A DNA stretch of 53,803 nucleotides, filler included, from Malassezia furfur (GCA_052055015.1; 2 parts of 2 records of this genome joined end to end with filler, not necessarily neighbours in it), one strand, 5' to 3'. Positions 1-12,102 are shown, counted from the first letter of the whole stretch. Numbers and translations: made by a program. Notes: generated by a model not told the origin, from the sequence alone.

Positions 1-24
1 TAGGTCCGGCGAGGTAGGTCCCTT

Positions 25-1740
25 TTACGACGACTCGTAGGGCTCCTTTTTCATTCCATACAAGGCTTGGTCGGGAGACGATTGATCAGGCACAGCCGGC
101 GGCATGCTCGCATCTGTTCCGTGTGTTTCGTTCCACACAGCGCCTGATGGCGGCGGGAAGGACAGGTGCGACTGCGACGGCTGCTGCGGCGGCGGCGGCG
201 GGGCCGATGCTGCCGGTGTCTGTGCCGACGACCGTGAGAATGGCAGCGTCGGTTCGCTACTCCCTGACGCGATCGATGATTCGCGCCATTTTGCCTCATA
301 CAGCTGCCGCAACTCAAACTCGAGCATGTGGTTGCGGCGCATCTGCATATCGAGGAATTGCTGGAGTTGACGCACGTATTCGACGCTTTTTCGCAGGATG
401 ATCCCCTTATTGGGTTTTGCCTGCGCTGCAGCCAGTGCAGGGTTATCTGCGTCCACCGGCGATAGTGCGGATGCGAAACTCGTAAACGAGGGCATGTTCA
501 GGCATGAGTCCTTGGGAATGCCCCGGCTCTGGTTCAGCGCCGGGTCCTGAACCTGCCCCTCATTTCCAATAGTACGCCAGGATCCAAGACCAGTGCGGCT
601 GCGCGCCACCTTGGCTGCCGTCTCGGGCCCAAACGTCCACGATGCGCTGTTGCCGCCTTGCGTTGAGGTCCTGTCGCGTGAGCGATGAAGACGTACGTGA
701 TTGCGTCAAGTAACATGGTTTCGGGTAACAGAGTGGCCACTGGGTCAGTGCTCGGGATCATACGTACGCTCGGTCATTTGGCTGTTGATATTGTCTCGAC
801 GGCGACGCTCGACGGCATTGTGGGACTCGCGCCGTCTTCGACGCTTGTCCATAAGCTTTTTGGCTTCTGACTCATTGGTAGACATCAACGTTGATGGAAT
901 CGATTCAGTCTCGTCCACGTTGTCGTTATCCGATGGAATCGAATCGTCCACTTCCCGGGCGTAGTCCTCCGAATTCGAGCGCCCGGGACGGGCACGGATC
1001 TGCGGATGAACCCACGCGTGCGAGGTACTGGCCAGGGTATCCCCACTTGATCGACGTTGGTACGGCTTTCCATGATCACTCGGAGACGGATGAAAGCCTT
1101 CGCGCGACCGCATGTGCTGCACATTCCATGGCGTTAAGTAGTTGGGTGGGCCGGGCCCCACGGCGGGGTGTACGTCGGGGGGTACCATGGGTACCCCATG
1201 TTCCTCCCCGAACCGTTTGGAACGCGGATGCGCAAAAGTGGTCGAGGCGGCGGACATGCTTTGCACATTACCCTCTGCACTTGTGAATGAACGGCTAGGC
1301 GGCGGTTCGTTCGACCTATGCTGCGGCAAAGAGTAAGCAAGATCCCGCTCCATGGTTGGTCCTACGCGGTCGTACGCAAATGACGGCTGTGAGGCCGAGG
1401 CCGAGAGCCCGTGATGCACAGGGTGCATCGTTTCCATCGTTTCGTGGCGAGGTCCATGCCATACGTTGTGGGCCTCGGGGAACGGCCGTTGGAAAGGAAT
1501 GCCCTGAGAGAATTCTGGATCCTGGGCATGTACTTGCTGTGGCGGGGTAATATGTCTCCAAAGTTCATTATTCAGAAGGAGATCCATGTCGATGTAGCTG
1601 GTATTTCCGATGGGTATATTGGAGCCTGGGTTGTTGGGCGCTTGTCCCATGTCGGTGGCGCGTGCGGGTTCGAAGCCATGCGATTTTCGTTTTGGAGATT
1701 GTCTGTGACTTTCTTGGGCATTAGGATCCATAATGCCCAT
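25..1740 (-). CDS. bHLH(-ZIP) transcription factor, Rtg3/TFEB-like
   Basis: Basic region RRRRESHNAVERRRRDNIN and helix 2 KPNKGIILRKSVEYVRQLQ. The ORFs join in frame after removing GT-AG introns 740-767 (28 nt) and 671-696 (26 nt). Confidence 0.88.
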
Positions 1741-2083
1741 TCACTGCATTTGAGAAGGTACAATTGTCAAACAGAATTAAATCGGTAGGACAAGCGATTG
1801 TGTCGTTCGTTCTTGGGGGGGTACCTACCCCACAAGATGTCCGGTAACGACACCAAAAAAAACCATTTTCACAACTTGGCAAGTGTTTTAATTACCGAGA
1901 CGGTTACCGATTGGTGGAACGGGGCAAGTTTATTCGGCAAACGCCGCAATGGCGAACGTCATCTTATGCCGCAGTCGGGATCGGCCGTGAATTTACAAAG
2001 TGGAGAGCCTTTATCTCACATTAGACCTAGTAGGCTTCCTGACTAACTTCTTCAAGTCGCTGACCGGTCACGGGCCACTCGAC

Positions 2084-3626
2084 ATGGATCTCGACGCGCG
2101 GTGGGAGCTCAATTCGCGCGTTCTGCGGCGATTTGATCCCAAATTTGCGACAATTACGGCAGCCGCTTCATTCGCGGTTCTTTACAGCTACGACAAAGAA
2201 TGGGTATGTGCACATCACTGACCCAGACCAAAACGGGGACAGAAGGGCCTCTGTTCCTCTACCAACGGTAAGCGCGAAGCATCGGCTTACACCAGCTCCG
2301 AGGCACCGTATTATGGCCTCAAGATCCTCAATCGAAACGATCCCGAGAACTTTTCGATTGGCATCACCCCTGACGACGACATTGAGCTGAGCGACGAATT
2401 CATCATTTACCGCCCGAAACATGCAGGTACGACCCCGCACGCTCATGATCAGATGACGCGGACAGTGACGAGTCAGACATTTATGGGATCTGGGTCTTTG
2501 AGCCGTCCCAGCTCAAGCAATTGAGGGAAACCATCCAAAAGTGCGCACATGACACTGACCCAGATGTCAGCACGATCCCTATCCACCTCCGCCTGTGCCG
2601 GAGAGCGACAGCAAGATGCAGTCGGTCGACATGGACACGCTGTTTGGCTCAAATAAAGTACCAGAAGAAGCTGGCATAAAAGAGACACAGCCGGTGCATG
2701 CGTTCACTGAGTCGGAGCGCAACGGCGCATCGATTCTCAATGCCCTGTTCCGTGACGCTGCGCCATCTGAAGACTGGATGAAGGAAGCCGGGGCACCAAA
2801 AACCGAAAAGACGGAGACGGATTTGCCAACGTCGACACCCGCCGTCCCGGCGCCTGCCCCGAGTGAGATCAGTGACGCGGCATCCGCCTCGACCAAGCCA
2901 GAAACGCGCGCGCCGCGCAATGAGCCCATCAGCCTCGACACGCTGTTCGGCTCAGCGCAAGGGACTCCGCAAAAGCCCGTGGAAAAGGACACGGCCAAGG
3001 CTACGGCACAGCCGTCAGACAAGCGTGCGGAGACGCCAGAGTCCAAGATGCCGTCCATCGACCAGTCGAGCAAGGAGGATGGACCTTTGGATGTCGAGAA
3101 CGGCGCAACACCCAGCAAGGCCGGTGACGAATCAGCAGAGGAAAAGGAAGAGTTTATCGATGCGACCGAGACAGGTCCGCTGGAGGGTATCGAATCCCAA
3201 GACACGACGGACGTGGTCGAATCGACCAAAAATGTTGGGATGCACAAGGACGACGCGCAGCACTCAAGTGCGGCGGAGCACAGCGACCCGAAGGACGTGG
3301 CGGAGGCATCCACCACGAGCGCGATGGGAACAAGCCGTGCGACGATTCCTGCGTCGACGCAGTCCACTGAGTCTACCCCGACGGTGGGTCCGGAGAGCCA
3401 GGAGCGTGTGGCCCAACCACAGAATCTCTTGTCGCTGCTCGCTACAGGTAAAGCCCCCGAGCGCCTGGCCCAGCGGTCGAAGCACCTGAGTCGGATGGAG
3501 TTTGTGCAAACGATGGTCACTCTCCTCTATGTACGTTCATTGGAGAATACGGGGCTAACGGGTATACAGACCGATCCGGAATACGTGGATCAGCTTTATG
3601 AGACGTATCTCTCCCATCAAGGTTAG
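2084..3626 (+). CDS. DCP1: mRNA decapping enzyme subunit Dcp1 (EVH1 domain, low-complexity linker, C-terminal helical domain)
   Basis: Spliced N-terminus MDLDARWELNSRVLRRFDP..LYSYDKEWTKTGTEGPLFLYQR..YGLKILNR..IYGIWVF matches the Dcp1 EVH1 fold. Introns 2204-2226, 2268-2295, 2427-2452, 2541-2563 and 3531-3569 all restore frame. Confidence 0.88.
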
Positions 3627-4543
3627 GGACTGGCGCGTGAATCGTCATTGGGATCGGAGGCTGGCAGGGGATCGAGATGCAGATGCTGCTCGACACGCAA
3701 GAGACGCTCGCCGAGCACCATAAGTAGCGTCCGAACCTTGTCCATCTCACTCGGTGGCTCATCTGGGATCTTGGGACTGGTATCTCCGGACCATTCGTCG
3801 TGTCCAGGCCTGCCCACGAGCGTAGGACTGTGTTTTGGCACATTCGAATGGATCGAGTGGCCCGAAGCTGACGTTGTACCCAATTGATACCTGGTGTCAG
3901 CATGCTTAACGTACACAATGATCGCGTCGACGTGAAAAGCAAAAGCCTCACGAAGCTCCTCCAGCTCGGAGGGAGTCCCATGGTATTTTCGCCCGAGGTG
4001 GTGCATACACTGCTCGCAGCGGAGTACCGAGTACCGACTGCCCAGCGTAGGCCCAGGCTCGCTGCTCGTGATGGGCGGGTCAACGACCGCGACTTTGTCG
4101 GTCGCCTCTCTCAGGACAATCATAGACAGCTGGCGCTGCGCCGTGATCCATGAGAACGAGTCACTCACGATCGTGAAACAACGCGCGCATTGGAAGACCA
4201 GCGCAGGCGGCGAGGCCTCAGCGCTATGCGACCGCTTGAGAGGTGCCTGTGTAGCTTCCTGCTTCGGAACGTAGGATGCTGGTGTAGTCTCACTGAGCAC
4301 CGACGAGAACTCAGGGGATAAGTGACCTTCTGCTGGGGGAGCCGCGGTGCGGGGCGGCCGGCCGCGTTTGCGGGGGGGACCCCCCGTCGTGGTGCGCACG
4401 CGCCGCGGAGCTGTATAAGAAGGAGTATACTTACATGCCGTTGATACGCCTCGGCTCAGCCCGGACGCGGTCGGATACGACGACAAGGGCGGCCGTCCGC
4501 GCCTTGCGGGCGCACCTGCGCGTGGGACCGGCGCTTCGCTCAT
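3623..4543 (-). CDS. MIS18: Mis18 (Yippee/Mis18 zinc-binding domain) CENP-A deposition factor with N-terminal AT-hooks
   Basis: VFQCARCFTIVSDS..LRCEQCMHHLGRKY..YQLG has two CxxC motifs, followed by a C-terminal helix. In-frame 24-nt intron at 3891-3914; ATG at 4543. Confidence 0.82.
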   Translation of the reverse strand: MSEAPVPRAGAPARRGRPPLSSYPTASGLSRGVSTACKYTPSYTAPRRVRTTTGGPPRKRGRPPRTAAPPAEGHLSPEFSSVLSETTPASYVPKQEATQAPLKRSHSAEASPPALVFQCARCFTIVSDSFSWITAQRQLSMIVLREATDKVAVVDPPITSSEPGPTLGSRYSVLRCEQCMHHLGRKYHGTPSELEELREAFAFHVDAIIVYVKHADTRYQLGTTSASGHSIHSNVPKHSPTLVGRPGHDEWSGDTSPKIPDEPPSEMDKVRTLLMVLGERLLRVEQHLHLDPLPASDPNDDSRASP

Positions 4544-5488
4544 GGTAGCGGTGCTCTCCACATGAATTTCACGTGACTCGTGTAAGGAGACGCGAGAGAC
4601 GCGTCGGGACGTGCGCGTTGACGCGACGGGGTCGCCCAGAAAAAATTGCAAAATTCTTGATGCCGAGACATTGACGCAACCAGGGCTGAGTGGACCGAAT
4701 AACGAGGTCCGGCTGGCACGCTACACCATATCACGCTACAAGGATGACGTGAAATCCATGGGGTTGATCACGCGAGGCGATCGTGTGGACCGATGATCCT
4801 GATGGTCCGTTGGTGGAGAACGCTGCTGGCACAACGGGGATCCATGTGCGTCGCACATGTGCGTCGTTTTTGCTACCTAGCTACAGTCCGTGGCAGTGTA
4901 CATGAAACGGCACGCGTGGGTGGTAGGGAGTGGACAAACGCATGCTATGACATGATCCCCTGCGTCGCGCCCATTTACGCGCCAAGGGATGGGTCTACAG
5001 GGCACGGCACGTACGCCGCGAGGGGCTATGCGCGTCGCGTTGGCGAGCAGCTGATCAACTGGCTGTGAAAAGCCCAGCGCGCATATTTGGGTGGGCCACC
5101 GCACGCGCTGTGCACGGGAAATTTCACCTGCGGACCCAGCCCGCCCGGCGCATAGAAGTTGGCCACATTCGGCCGAGCTAGAGGGCGCCTTGGTTGGTCG
5201 CACGCACATTCGTGCGTCATACGGGCGCGGCCCGGCCAGTCGCTGCGAGGGGACGCTGCAGCGAGCTCGCGTAGTATCTAAGTGTTGTTCTGCGTGCCGC
5301 CTGCCGTGCTGACTCGCGGCAAGTGATCAGCAAGCCGCGTGAGGGCACCCGAGTGTAGATACACAACGGCGGGCTTGTTTCCCTCGCGACGGCATTGTTT
5401 CCGTTCGTCCCTCCCTCGGCCGTCCCTCGAGACTGCGTGTAGGTCCCTGAGGATAGGTCGTTCTGTCTGGGACATTCATACTAGGGCC

Positions 5489-7125
5489 ATGTCGTCCAAC
5501 TTGGTACGTCCGCCCACGCGCCGCTGACCACACAGCCTGTTCGCCGCGCGCCGGTACGCACGCGCAGCGCTGCGTCCAAAACAGACGAAAACGCGAATAC
5601 CTACCGTCCGCTCCGTACAGCTGGCGGCGCTGGCGCTGCCAAGGATGTGCTCGGGAAAAGCAAAGCGGCCTCGGCTAGCACAGAGAGTGCGCCGACGCGC
5701 CCTAGCGGTGCCGCCTCGGGCGTGCTCGGCATCCGGAAGCGGGCTGCCTTGGGCGACCTGACGAATGCGACGCGTGCGCGCACCGCCGCGCTGTCCAAGC
5801 CCGGCGAGAAGAGCGCCACGGACGAGAAGGACACCAAGCCGCCGCCGCGGACGCGCGCGACGGTCAGCTCGCTGCCAACGCGCGCGGGATCCACCCAGCT
5901 GCCATCGCGCAGCACCGCCGCACGTCGTGTGCTGCGTGCGAAGCATGAGGCGCCTGAGGCGATGATGGTCGATGAGGCGCCGCGCGATGAGAGCGACAAG
6001 GAGAATGTGCATACCCAGCAGCCCACGGAGCGTGTCGAGGCCATCGAGGTGCGCGAGACGAAGCGTGCCAAGGTCGCCGAGGCGGCACCCGTGCGTGCGA
6101 AAGACGAGGGGTGGGAGGATCTCGACAAGGACGACATCGACGACCCGTTGATGGTCGCCGAGTACGTCGAGGAGATCTTTGCATACATGCGGCAGATTGA
6201 GCTGCAGTGCATGCCAAACGGCGACTATATGAGCATGCAGCGGGACCTGAACTGGCACCTGCGCGGCGTACTCGCTGACTGGCTGATCGAGACACACTCC
6301 AAGTTCCGCCTACTCCCCGAGACGCTGTTTCTCGCGCTGAATGTGGTGGACCGCTTCCTCAGCCTGCGCACCATCTCGCTGTCCAAGCTGCAGCTCGTGG
6401 GCGTCACGTCGCTGTTCATCGCGGCGAAGTACGAAGAGGTATTGTGCCCCTCGATCCAAAACTTTCTGTACCTGGCGGACGGCGGTTATACCGACGAAGA
6501 GATTCTGCGTGCGGAGCGGTACATGCTCAAGGTGCTCAACTTTGACCTGAGCTACGCCTCGCCCATGAACTTTTTGCGCCGCATCTCCAAGGCGGACAAC
6601 TATGATATCCAGACCCGCACGGTCGCCAAGTACTTTATGGAGATTTCGCTGGTGGACCACCGGCTGATGGAGCACCCGCCCTCGTTGATCGCTGCCGCCG
6701 CCGTGTGGATGGCGCGCGAGGTGCTCGAGCGCGGCGAGTGGACGCCGACGCTCGTGCACTACTCGACCTATGCCGAGAACGAGCTGCTTGGCACGGCCGA
6801 GATCATGCTTGACTACTGCCTGCGCCCCCCGGCGCACGCCCACTTCCACAAGAAGTACAGCAGCAAGAAGTTTATGCGTGCGAGCGCGTACGTCTTGGAA
6901 TGGGCCAAGAACACCTTCCCGAACGCCGTTATCACTGAACAGGACATTGCCCTGGGCCGCTGGACCGACGAGGCCGGCGAGTCGCACTCCCTCGAGATGC
7001 TCCGTGTGGACCTTTACGCGAGGCACGGCCACCCACGCCCCTCGGTGCTCCCGCTCGGCTCGGCGCCCGAGTCGTCGCCAAACCCGCTGCGCGCAGAGAG
7101 CACCGAGGTGGAGGGTGCGTCATGA
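5489..7125 (+). CDS. G2/M B-type cyclin (Cdc13/Clb-like)
   Basis: D-box RAALGDLTN; cyclin box LRGVLADWLIE..PETLFLALNVVDRFLS..KLQLVG..KYEE. First exon MSSNL, then intron 5504-5535. Confidence 0.95.
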
Positions 7126-7188
7126 TGAGCCGCTGTAGACAGCGCTACGACATTCCATAACTGCCCGTACGTCGCGGTAATCCATTGT

Positions 7189-8304
7189 TTATTCCTCCTC
7201 TACTGGACCAAACACGGACGTCTTGAGCGTCTCGCGCAGCAGCTCGAGCCGCACATGTGCTGCCTGGTGGTCGCTGGGTGAGCCATGGAGACGTACGCCT
7301 CGGAGGAGAGCTTGGCGAGCGGCTGCTCCGCCGCGCGCCGCTCGAGCGCCGCTGCGAGTTGTTCGGCAGGCTCGGCGGTATGGGCACTGGCGGAGCTGCG
7401 GCCCGCCTGGGTATACGACGCCCCGCCGGGGATCATGCCGGCATTCGCGATCCGGGCCCGGGCTTGGGACAGCTGGGTGACGAGCTCGTTCGTGTGTTGG
7501 ATACTTAGCATGCGCTGCAGCAGGGACGGGCTTGAGCACAGCGTGTGCGCCCAGTACTCGTTCCACAGCAGCGCAAAGAGCGGGCGTTCCGCCGAGGTGG
7601 TGAACAGCTCCACGTCCAACGCATAGTAGCGATCGGCGTGCGCGCCATAGTCCTCGGCCTTGTGCGTAGGCAGTGCCGCATGCTGCGATGCACGCCCCTC
7701 GGTGCGGTAATCCGCAGGGAAGGTGCGGAATGCACCGATGTCGACTTTGCCCGTCGTCATCGTGTGGTGAGGGTCGATCTGCGTCAGTGCGCCGTCTACA
7801 TACCACCACTGCGACAAAAGGGTCCTGCTGCTGGTTGGTCTGTTGCGTCTCGACGTCAATGCCCGACAGCCAGCACCGGTAGCCTGGGTGCGAGTGGTAC
7901 CAGCCGACCGCCTGCTGTGGGCGATGCACGGCATGGTCCTGCTCGAGGTACTGGATCATGTACTCGTATGCCTCGTTCTGTGCATTCACGCGCGTCTCAG
8001 TACCATGCACGGGCAGTGCGAATGCGTCAAGGATGTAAAAGGTATGTGTTTCGGCACACACGGTGCCCTTCATGAGGCCCATCACCTCGTTCGCCCCGCC
8101 GAGGCGCGCGTGGAGGACCATCTTCATTAGGGCCACCACAGAGACGCGCACGCGCCGGAAGAAGTGTGGATCGGCGCGCCATGGTGCCTCGCGCAGTAGG
8201 CGCTGGTAGGCCTCCGCATCGAATTCGTAGATACGCCGTGTCTCGGCATCCAGGGCCACCACGTCGTTTTGGACCTCAAACGTGGTCCGCGCGGCCGCCT
8301 CCAT
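7189..8304 (-). CDS. CSN5: COP9 signalosome subunit 5 (JAMM deneddylase)
   Basis: EVMGLM..GTETRVNAQ..GWYHSHPGYRCWLSGIDV..DPFVAVVIDP..GKVDIGAFRT. Introns 7779-7803 and 7274-7296. Confidence 0.95.
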   Translation of the reverse strand: MEAAARTTFEVQNDVVALDAETRRIYEFDAEAYQRLLREAPWRADPHFFRRVRVSVVALMKMVLHARLGGANEVMGLMKGTVCAETHTFYILDAFALPVHGTETRVNAQNEAYEYMIQYLEQDHAVHRPQQAVGWYHSHPGYRCWLSGIDVETQQTNQQQDPFVAVVVCRRRTDADRPSPHDDDGQSRHRCIPHLPCGLPHRGACIAACGTAYAQGRGLWRARRSLLCVGRGAVHHLGGTPALCAAVERVLGAHAVLKPVPAAAHAKYPTHERARHPAVPSPGPDRECRHDPRRGVVYPGGPQLRQCPYRRACRTTRSGARAARGGAAARQALLRGVRLHGSPSDHQAAHVRLELLRETLKTSVFGPVEEE

Positions 8305-8350
8305 CGTGTTGGCACGTGGAGAAATGCGCGAATTCGCACCAAATCACACC
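8305..8350. promoter_or_regulatory. 46-bp bidirectional promoter CSN5/MSC7 with E-box
   Basis: Divergent ATGs at 8304 and 8351; CACGTG at 8313-8318. Confidence 0.55.
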
Positions 8351-10185
8351 ATGTCGTATGCAGTGGAGGGGTGTGTCGCGACGGTACTCGCGGTGCTGGC
8401 GGCGGCCTGGCTGCTCGGACCGTGGGGTGAGCTGGCGGTACCCACGATCGAGCCCGTGGACCCCGAGCAGGCGCGTCCAGGCTGGCAGGGCAAGCTGCGA
8501 CCCGACCCTGCGCCGCCCGTCGTCACCGATGGCCGCATCCTCTGCGTGGACCCGGCGACCGGGTTCGTGATCGACACACTTGAGGCCGACACCCCGCTCA
8601 CGATCCACGCCAAGATCACAGCCGCGGCTGAAGCGCAGAGTGCGCTGCGCACCGCGTCGTGGCCCAAGCGTCGCCAGTTTCTACGCGCGCTGCGCGCATG
8701 GGTCATGCGCGACATGGAGACGCTCGCACGCATCGCGTGCCGCGACACGGGCAAAACGGTACGCTGTGGATGGTATACTGATCTAGGCGATCGACGCGGC
8801 CTTTGGCGAACTGCTCACGACGTGTGCCAAGCTGAACTGGACGCTGTCGAATGGCGAGAAGGTGCTTAGGCCCGAGACGCGGAGCGGCAATCTGCTGCTT
8901 GCCCACAAGCGGTGCACGGTCGTGCACGAGCCGCTCGGTGTGGTCGCAGCGTGTGTCTCGTGGAACTATCCGGTGCACAACATGCTCGGCCCGATCATTG
9001 CGGCGGTGTTTGCGGGGAATGCCATCCTGGTCAAGTGCTCGGAACACGTCGCGTGGACGTCGCAGCAGGTCATTCTTGGCGTGCACCGGTGTCTCGCGAC
9101 ATGCGGCCTGCCCACCGAGCTCGTGCAGCTTGTTGTGTGTGCGCCAGAGCACGCTGAGTCGCTCACGCGCGACCCGCGCCTGGCGCACATCACGTTTATC
9201 GGCAGCGACCGCGTCGGCCGTGCCGTGGCGCTCGCTGCGGCGCCGCAGCTGACGGCGACGACGCTCGAGCTGGGCGGCAAGGACCCCGCGGTGATCCTGC
9301 CAGGCACCGACCTAGCGTTCTTTGCGTCCATGTTCCTCCGCGCGTGTTTCCAGGCGATGGGCCAGAACTGCATTGGGATCGAGCGGTTCATTGTGCCGCG
9401 TGACCAGACCGATGCGCTGGTGAACGTCGTGCGCGACCGGATCGCGGCACTGCGGTGCGGTAGCACGCTGGATGAGACGCGGTTCGGCACGCACCGCCCA
9501 GGCGCCGACGCGGTGGACTGTGGCGCGATGATCAGCGACGCGCGCTTTGCCGAGCTCGAAGCGCTCATCGACGACGCCGTGCAGCACGGTGCGCGCCTCG
9601 TGCTTGGCGGGCACCGCGTGCGCCACGGGCGGTGGCCGCTCGGTTACTACTTTGCGCCAACGCTGCTGACGCACGTCACCCCTACGATGAAAATTGCGCA
9701 GGAGGAGCTGTTTGCGCCCGTGTTCCTCGTGATGAGCTACGACACGGTGGACGAGGCGGTGGCCATCGCCAACGGCACCCCGTTCGGGCTCGGGTCCTCG
9801 GTGTTTGGCCCGAACCGTGCGACGTGCCACGAGGTGGCCGCGCGCCTGGAGTGTGGAATGGTGAACATCAATGACTTTGGTATCTCCTACCTGAACCAGG
9901 GCCTGCCGTTCGGCGGGTGCAAGGACAGCGGCTATGGCCGGTTTGCGGGCCCCGAGGGCCTGCTGGGCCTCACACGGCCCAAGGCGATGACCGAGGACTG
10001 GGCGTTTGGCATCGTCCAGACGTCCATCCCGCCCGTCGTTGACTATCCCGTGCGCGACACGGCCAAAAGCTGGACCTGTACGTCGCGCCTCTCACCCAGT
10101 CTTGCACGGCCTCGTGCGCCTGGCATTTGGCACGCCCATCGAGCGTGTCCGTGGTGTGCTCGGTGTGCTGCGTGCCAGTATGTAG
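8351..10185 (+). CDS. MSC7: Msc7-like aldehyde dehydrogenase with N-terminal hydrophobic anchor
   Basis: SWNYP, ITFIGS, LELGGKD, GQNCIG (catalytic Cys), EELFAP, LPFGG..SGYGRFAGPEGL. Introns 8759-8786 and 10078-10099. Confidence 0.85.
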
Positions 10186-10212
10186 GGTTTTGGTCTTTTC
10201 TCAGTGACTCGG

Positions 10213-12102
10213 CTACTTGGGCTCGGGCAGGGCATCCTTGCCGTTCCACGCCACGAGCTCCACAGCGTGCTGCTTGATCTTGTCCAGCGACCAGCGCCCG
10301 CCTGGCCCGCCGTTGGCGTACTTGAGGCGCAGCACATCGCCGACCTCGTCGCACGCGGTCAGGACATCGTCAATGTCCTGTTTCGTATGCGCGGCGCTCA
10401 CACAGAAGCGAACGCGCGACGAGATGAGCGGCGTCGCGGGGTATGCGACAATCACCACCACGATCGGCGGGCGGCGCGGCGGGATCTCCTCGCCGGCAGC
10501 CGCCTCGACCTCGATGTTGGCGTAGGTGAGCGACGCGCTGTTCCACTCCTTGTCCGCGACCTCCCACCGCTTGGACGGCGGCAGGGCCCATTCACGGCGG
10601 AGCATCAACTCCGAGAAGCTGTTCATCTTGCCCGGCTGGAAAATGAGCAGCGGCACGACGGGCGAGTCGCGGCTGCCCCACACAATGAAGCCGAGCTTGC
10701 GCAGCCCGTGATTGAGGTAGCGTGCGTTGAACGCCAGGCGCTCCAGACGGTGCCGGCCCTCGACACCGTTCGCAAAGTCTTCCGAGAGCGTCATCCACTT
10801 GGGCAGCAGCGCCATATCGGCCGGGTTGCGGCCGACCTGCATCATGGTCGCCAGCGTGGTCATGATCTGTACAATGACCGGCGGCGCCATCGTCTCGGCG
10901 TAAACATTCGAGTGGTTCGCCATGCGGATGCGGTCGATCAGCGCCTTGCGCCCACTGACGTAGCCGCCCACGGCGCCAAACGACTTGGTAAACGTGCCCA
11001 TGTGGATGTCGACCTGGCTGCGGTCGATGTTAAAGTACTCGCACACGCCGCCGCCCTGCGGGCCAAGCGCGCCGATCGAGTGCGCCTCGTCGACGTACAG
11101 GTAAAACTTGTAGCGCTTCTTGAGTTCCAGCACGCGCGGCAGATCAACAATCGTGCCCTCCATCGAGTACAGGCCCTCGATCAGCAGCACAATTTTTTTC
11201 CAGGGACGGTGCGTGCGCGGCTGTCCCTGGCTTATGGTCTCGCGCAGGACCTCTTCGAGATCGTCAATGCTGGCGTGCTTGAAGGTGCGAATGTTCGCAC
11301 CACTCAGACGCACACCCGCACGCAACGACGTGTGGTTCAGTTCGTCCGACAGAATCAGCGTGCCGGGGCCTGCAATTGCCGGAATGGTTGTCGAGTTGGT
11401 CGCATATCCCATGCTGATCAGCATCGCATCTTCTTGGTGCAGGAAGCGCGCAACCATCCGCTCGGCCTGCTGCTGGAGGTCGAGGTAGCCGGCACCAAGG
11501 CGCGTGCCGCCGCTCGTGATGCCATACAGGTTGAGTCCTTTCTCAACCATGTCGGCGCACTGGCCGTGTGACTGCGCAAAGCCTAGGTAGTTGTACGCGC
11601 TGATGTTCAGCGCACGGGTCTTGCCGCCGGTCAGGTGGAACGACCGGCAGTAGTCGGTGGTCTCGCGGTCAAGTGTCATCACTGTGCGACCACACACGCC
11701 CGTTACGGGGCGCTCGAAGCAGTTGTCGATACGCGTCTTGAGGCGACGCGTGTAGAAGCTGTCAAAGTCGGAATTGAGCGCCGCGTATCCGTCGCGCTCC
11801 AGCAGGTTTTTGAAGCTGCTCTTGTACAGGCGCTTTCCAACGTAGTCACGGACATGCCCAAAGAGGATAATGATGATATAGCACATGTACGTGGACAGCA
11901 CCGTCATGTAGCTCGGGCTGTCCTCCTCGGACACCTCCAACTGACTCTCATCGTACACGGACTTCCAGCGGTAATCAGGGTTCGAGCAGTAGCCGAATTC
12001 TGAATGCTGAAGCCCAGTATCTTTGCCGATGTCTCCATCGCCAACACCATCGTTCTTCGCGGCCTCGACGCGGGCGTGCGCCTCACCCTTCCCCGCCGCC
12101 AT
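10213..12102 (-). CDS. LCB2: Serine palmitoyltransferase catalytic subunit
   Basis: YNYLGF, SDELNH, EGLYSMEG, VDEAHSIG, MGTFTKSFG (PLP lysine), VAYPATP..SRVRFC; intronless ORF. Confidence 0.95.
   Translation of the reverse strand: MAAGKGEAHARVEAAKNDGVGDGDIGKDTGLQHSEFGYCSNPDYRWKSVYDESQLEVSEEDSPSYMTVLSTYMCYIIIILFGHVRDYVGKRLYKSSFKNLLERDGYAALNSDFDSFYTRRLKTRIDNCFERPVTGVCGRTVMTLDRETTDYCRSFHLTGGKTRALNISAYNYLGFAQSHGQCADMVEKGLNLYGITSGGTRLGAGYLDLQQQAERMVARFLHQEDAMLISMGYATNSTTIPAIAGPGTLILSDELNHTSLRAGVRLSGANIRTFKHASIDDLEEVLRETISQGQPRTHRPWKKIVLLIEGLYSMEGTIVDLPRVLELKKRYKFYLYVDEAHSIGALGPQGGGVCEYFNIDRSQVDIHMGTFTKSFGAVGGYVSGRKALIDRIRMANHSNVYAETMAPPVIVQIMTTLATMMQVGRNPADMALLPKWMTLSEDFANGVEGRHRLERLAFNARYLNHGLRKLGFIVWGSRDSPVVPLLIFQPGKMNSFSELMLRREWALPPSKRWEVADKEWNSASLTYANIEVEAAAGEEIPPRRPPIVVVIVAYPATPLISSRVRFCVSAAHTKQDIDDVLTACDEVGDVLRLKYANGGPGGRWSLDKIKQHAVELVAWNGKDALPEPK

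Noticed and set aside
4544..5488. Small ORFs or an ncRNA in the long MIS18/cyclin intergenic region
   Set aside because: No coding bias or recognisable RNA motif; it is more simply the cyclin regulatory region, and ACGCG words are common at this GC content.
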